Assembly: GCA_026025075.1 (NCBI GenBank)
Contig: JAPEUI010000062.1
Span: 62,001-101,737, forward strand
Reading direction: 5' to 3'
Length of the DNA: 39,737 bases
From: Vezdaea acicularis
Taxonomy: Eukaryota
Shown: positions 38,259-39,737 of the stretch, piece after piece
How the letters are laid out: each line of letters starts with the position of its first letter
Numbering within the stretch: position 1 is the first letter of the stretch
Notes under the pieces: generated by a model
Told to the model about the DNA's origin: nothing
What the model saw: only the letters and a program-made list of their open reading frames with translations
The model's database searches: none
Made by a program: the position numbers and the translations under genes

Positions 38259-38353
38259 GTATGTTGTGTCTTGCCCTGCTTGCCCCTCCCCCAATGTTTC
38301 CTCCCTGCAATGACTCTTGGAAAAAAAAATCTGTCCTGACACTCCTCCTCCAG
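38259..38353 (+). other. Predicted 5'UTR intron of the microprotein gene
   Basis: Donor GTATGT at 38259, branch CTGAC at 38336-38340, a pyrimidine run and a CAG acceptor at 38351-38353. It is 95 nt long and ends 110 nt before the ATG. Confidence 0.7.
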
Positions 38354-38462
38354 GCATCAACGGTCAGACACCTGCATAGAAAAATCCACACGCAAACACT
38401 TCTTTTCCTCAATCAAAAAACAACACCTAAGCGCAAACGATCACCGCAACAACACTGCCAAC

Positions 38463-38711
38463 ATGTGCTACCAAGTCGTCGAACGCTACGCCGTTTGCAA
38501 ATGCCTCCGCTTCCGTCACGCCATTGACCCTTGCCGCGCCTACGGCCAGCACGGCCACCTCCCGCAAGAGAAGACCGTCCTCGTCGGCTACGTCTGCGAT
38601 ACACACGCCGCCCACCGCGGCCAGGCTCAATACCCTCCGTCCGCCGGCGGCAACAACATGCCCGATTCCGGCTACTCGAGCGCGAATCTGGGGGCATCGT
38701 ACCGGGGTTGA
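38463..38711 (+). CDS. 82-aa Cys/His-rich microprotein, putative zinc-binding, unknown function
   Basis: Strong start context (GCCAACATG) after an A/C-rich leader, with C-biased third codon positions. Sequence MCYQVVERYAVCKCLRFRHAIDPC...KTVLVGYVCDTH resembles small uncharacterised ascomycete proteins. Confidence 0.8.
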   Translation: MCYQVVERYAVCKCLRFRHAIDPCRAYGQHGHLPQEKTVLVGYVCDTHAAHRGQAQYPPSAGGNNMPDSGYSSANLGASYRG

Positions 38712-39200
38712 TTGTTCGAGTTGTTATGGAGCGTGAGCATTGTTGATAGGGAGTCTGCTTATAGGCCACACGGCCGGGGGAATGCTTGGTCGAGCAGGTT
38801 CTCTACCATCTTCCACTTTTTTCTTCTTCTTTTCTTGTCATCCATCTTTTTTTCTTTGTCTCATGGTAGAATCGGAGTTTGAATACCCCCCAACCCCTCC
38901 CCACTTCCCTTCTGCCGGCAGCGGGAGTGGAGGGGTTGGCGGCGGTATTCATCATCTGTGCGCTTTCGCACTTGGGAACTTGGGACGATCATCAGAGAGA
39001 CGGGTCAGCGACATGCACTTTTTTCCGGCGAAATGGGATTGTGGGTTCAGTTTCTGGGAGAAGGGATCTAGGGGGTTAGTCCGGGGCGGGGTTTATTGGA
39101 AACATGGACTTGGAACTTGTGCCTGGGCTTAGGGGGATTGGGGGATAAGAAACGGGGATCTGAACTGGAAACTGGGCGCATTGGGTTTAATTGGGGCATC

Positions 39201-39560
39201 TGTCTTTTTTTTTTTTTTCCTTTCCTCTCTTTTCCGGAGGAGTCATCACGCGTTTCTGTTTTTCTTTCTTTGGCTTTCTATGTCTTTTTCTTCTCTGCTT
39301 CTCTTCTGCTTCATTCACTGCAGAAAGCGCGGGGAGAAAGACTCATTGTATCACTATCTACGCCGTTTTGGCTCTCTTGCAGTTTTCCTCTCCTCCTCCT
39401 CTTCCTCCTCCTCTTTTCCTTGCCTTGCCTACCTATCTCTGTCTCTCTCCTTCCTCACACCCCTCTCCCTCTCAACATCAGCCTCCTCCCTCACCGCCTC
39501 CAATCCATCATCATCATCTGGTTTTCCTAACTCCCATCCTTCCTGACTCATCCGCATTTC
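39201..39560. repeat. Pyrimidine-rich low-complexity region (poly-T, CCT and CAT runs)
   Basis: T15 near 39204, (cct)n near 39390-39415 and (cat)n near 39505. Confidence 0.75.
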
Positions 39561-39737
39561 TCCTCACGCATCGCTATTTTTTGTACGAGTACGAGTAATT
39601 TTTCTCTTGAGTTCAACTCCGTTTAGACCGGTTTGACTGCTTTGGTTGGGTCGGCTGGTTCGGTCTGGTTTGGTTGGGAGCTAGGCAGCTAGGCAGCACT
39701 TTCCTCGGCTCTTCTCTCTTCTTCTAACATTAGGGCG

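Noticed and set aside
38740..39598. Phe/Leu/Ser-rich ORFs at the right end
   Set aside because: They are translations of pyrimidine-rich low-complexity UTR or intergenic sequence.

Overview
Intron-rich eukaryotic DNA from a filamentous ascomycete (Pezizomycotina). Introns are short GT-AG types with CTRAY-like branch sites. I assembled 14 protein-coding gene models by hand, and every spliced CDS length is divisible by three. The left ~10.7 kb is gene-sparse and accessory-like: a CHR chromate transporter, two small hypothetical proteins and a stand-alone LovC/TOXD-like enoyl reductase. The middle holds xanthine dioxygenase xanA (with UaY/PPR1-type promoter sites), two hypotheticals, a very large MFS transporter, UAP1, GIS2/CNBP, a 16-exon DMC1, a probable GPI-anchored protein and NUP85. 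The right end is a ~5 kb gene-free stretch leading to an 82-aa Cys/His microprotein gene. That gene has a probable 5'UTR intron enclosing its upstream ATGs and a DSGxxS degron-like motif, and it is the best candidate for an undescribed regulatory system. I saw no supportable transposon, tRNA, rRNA or CRISPR array. Family names come from motif recognition, not database searches.
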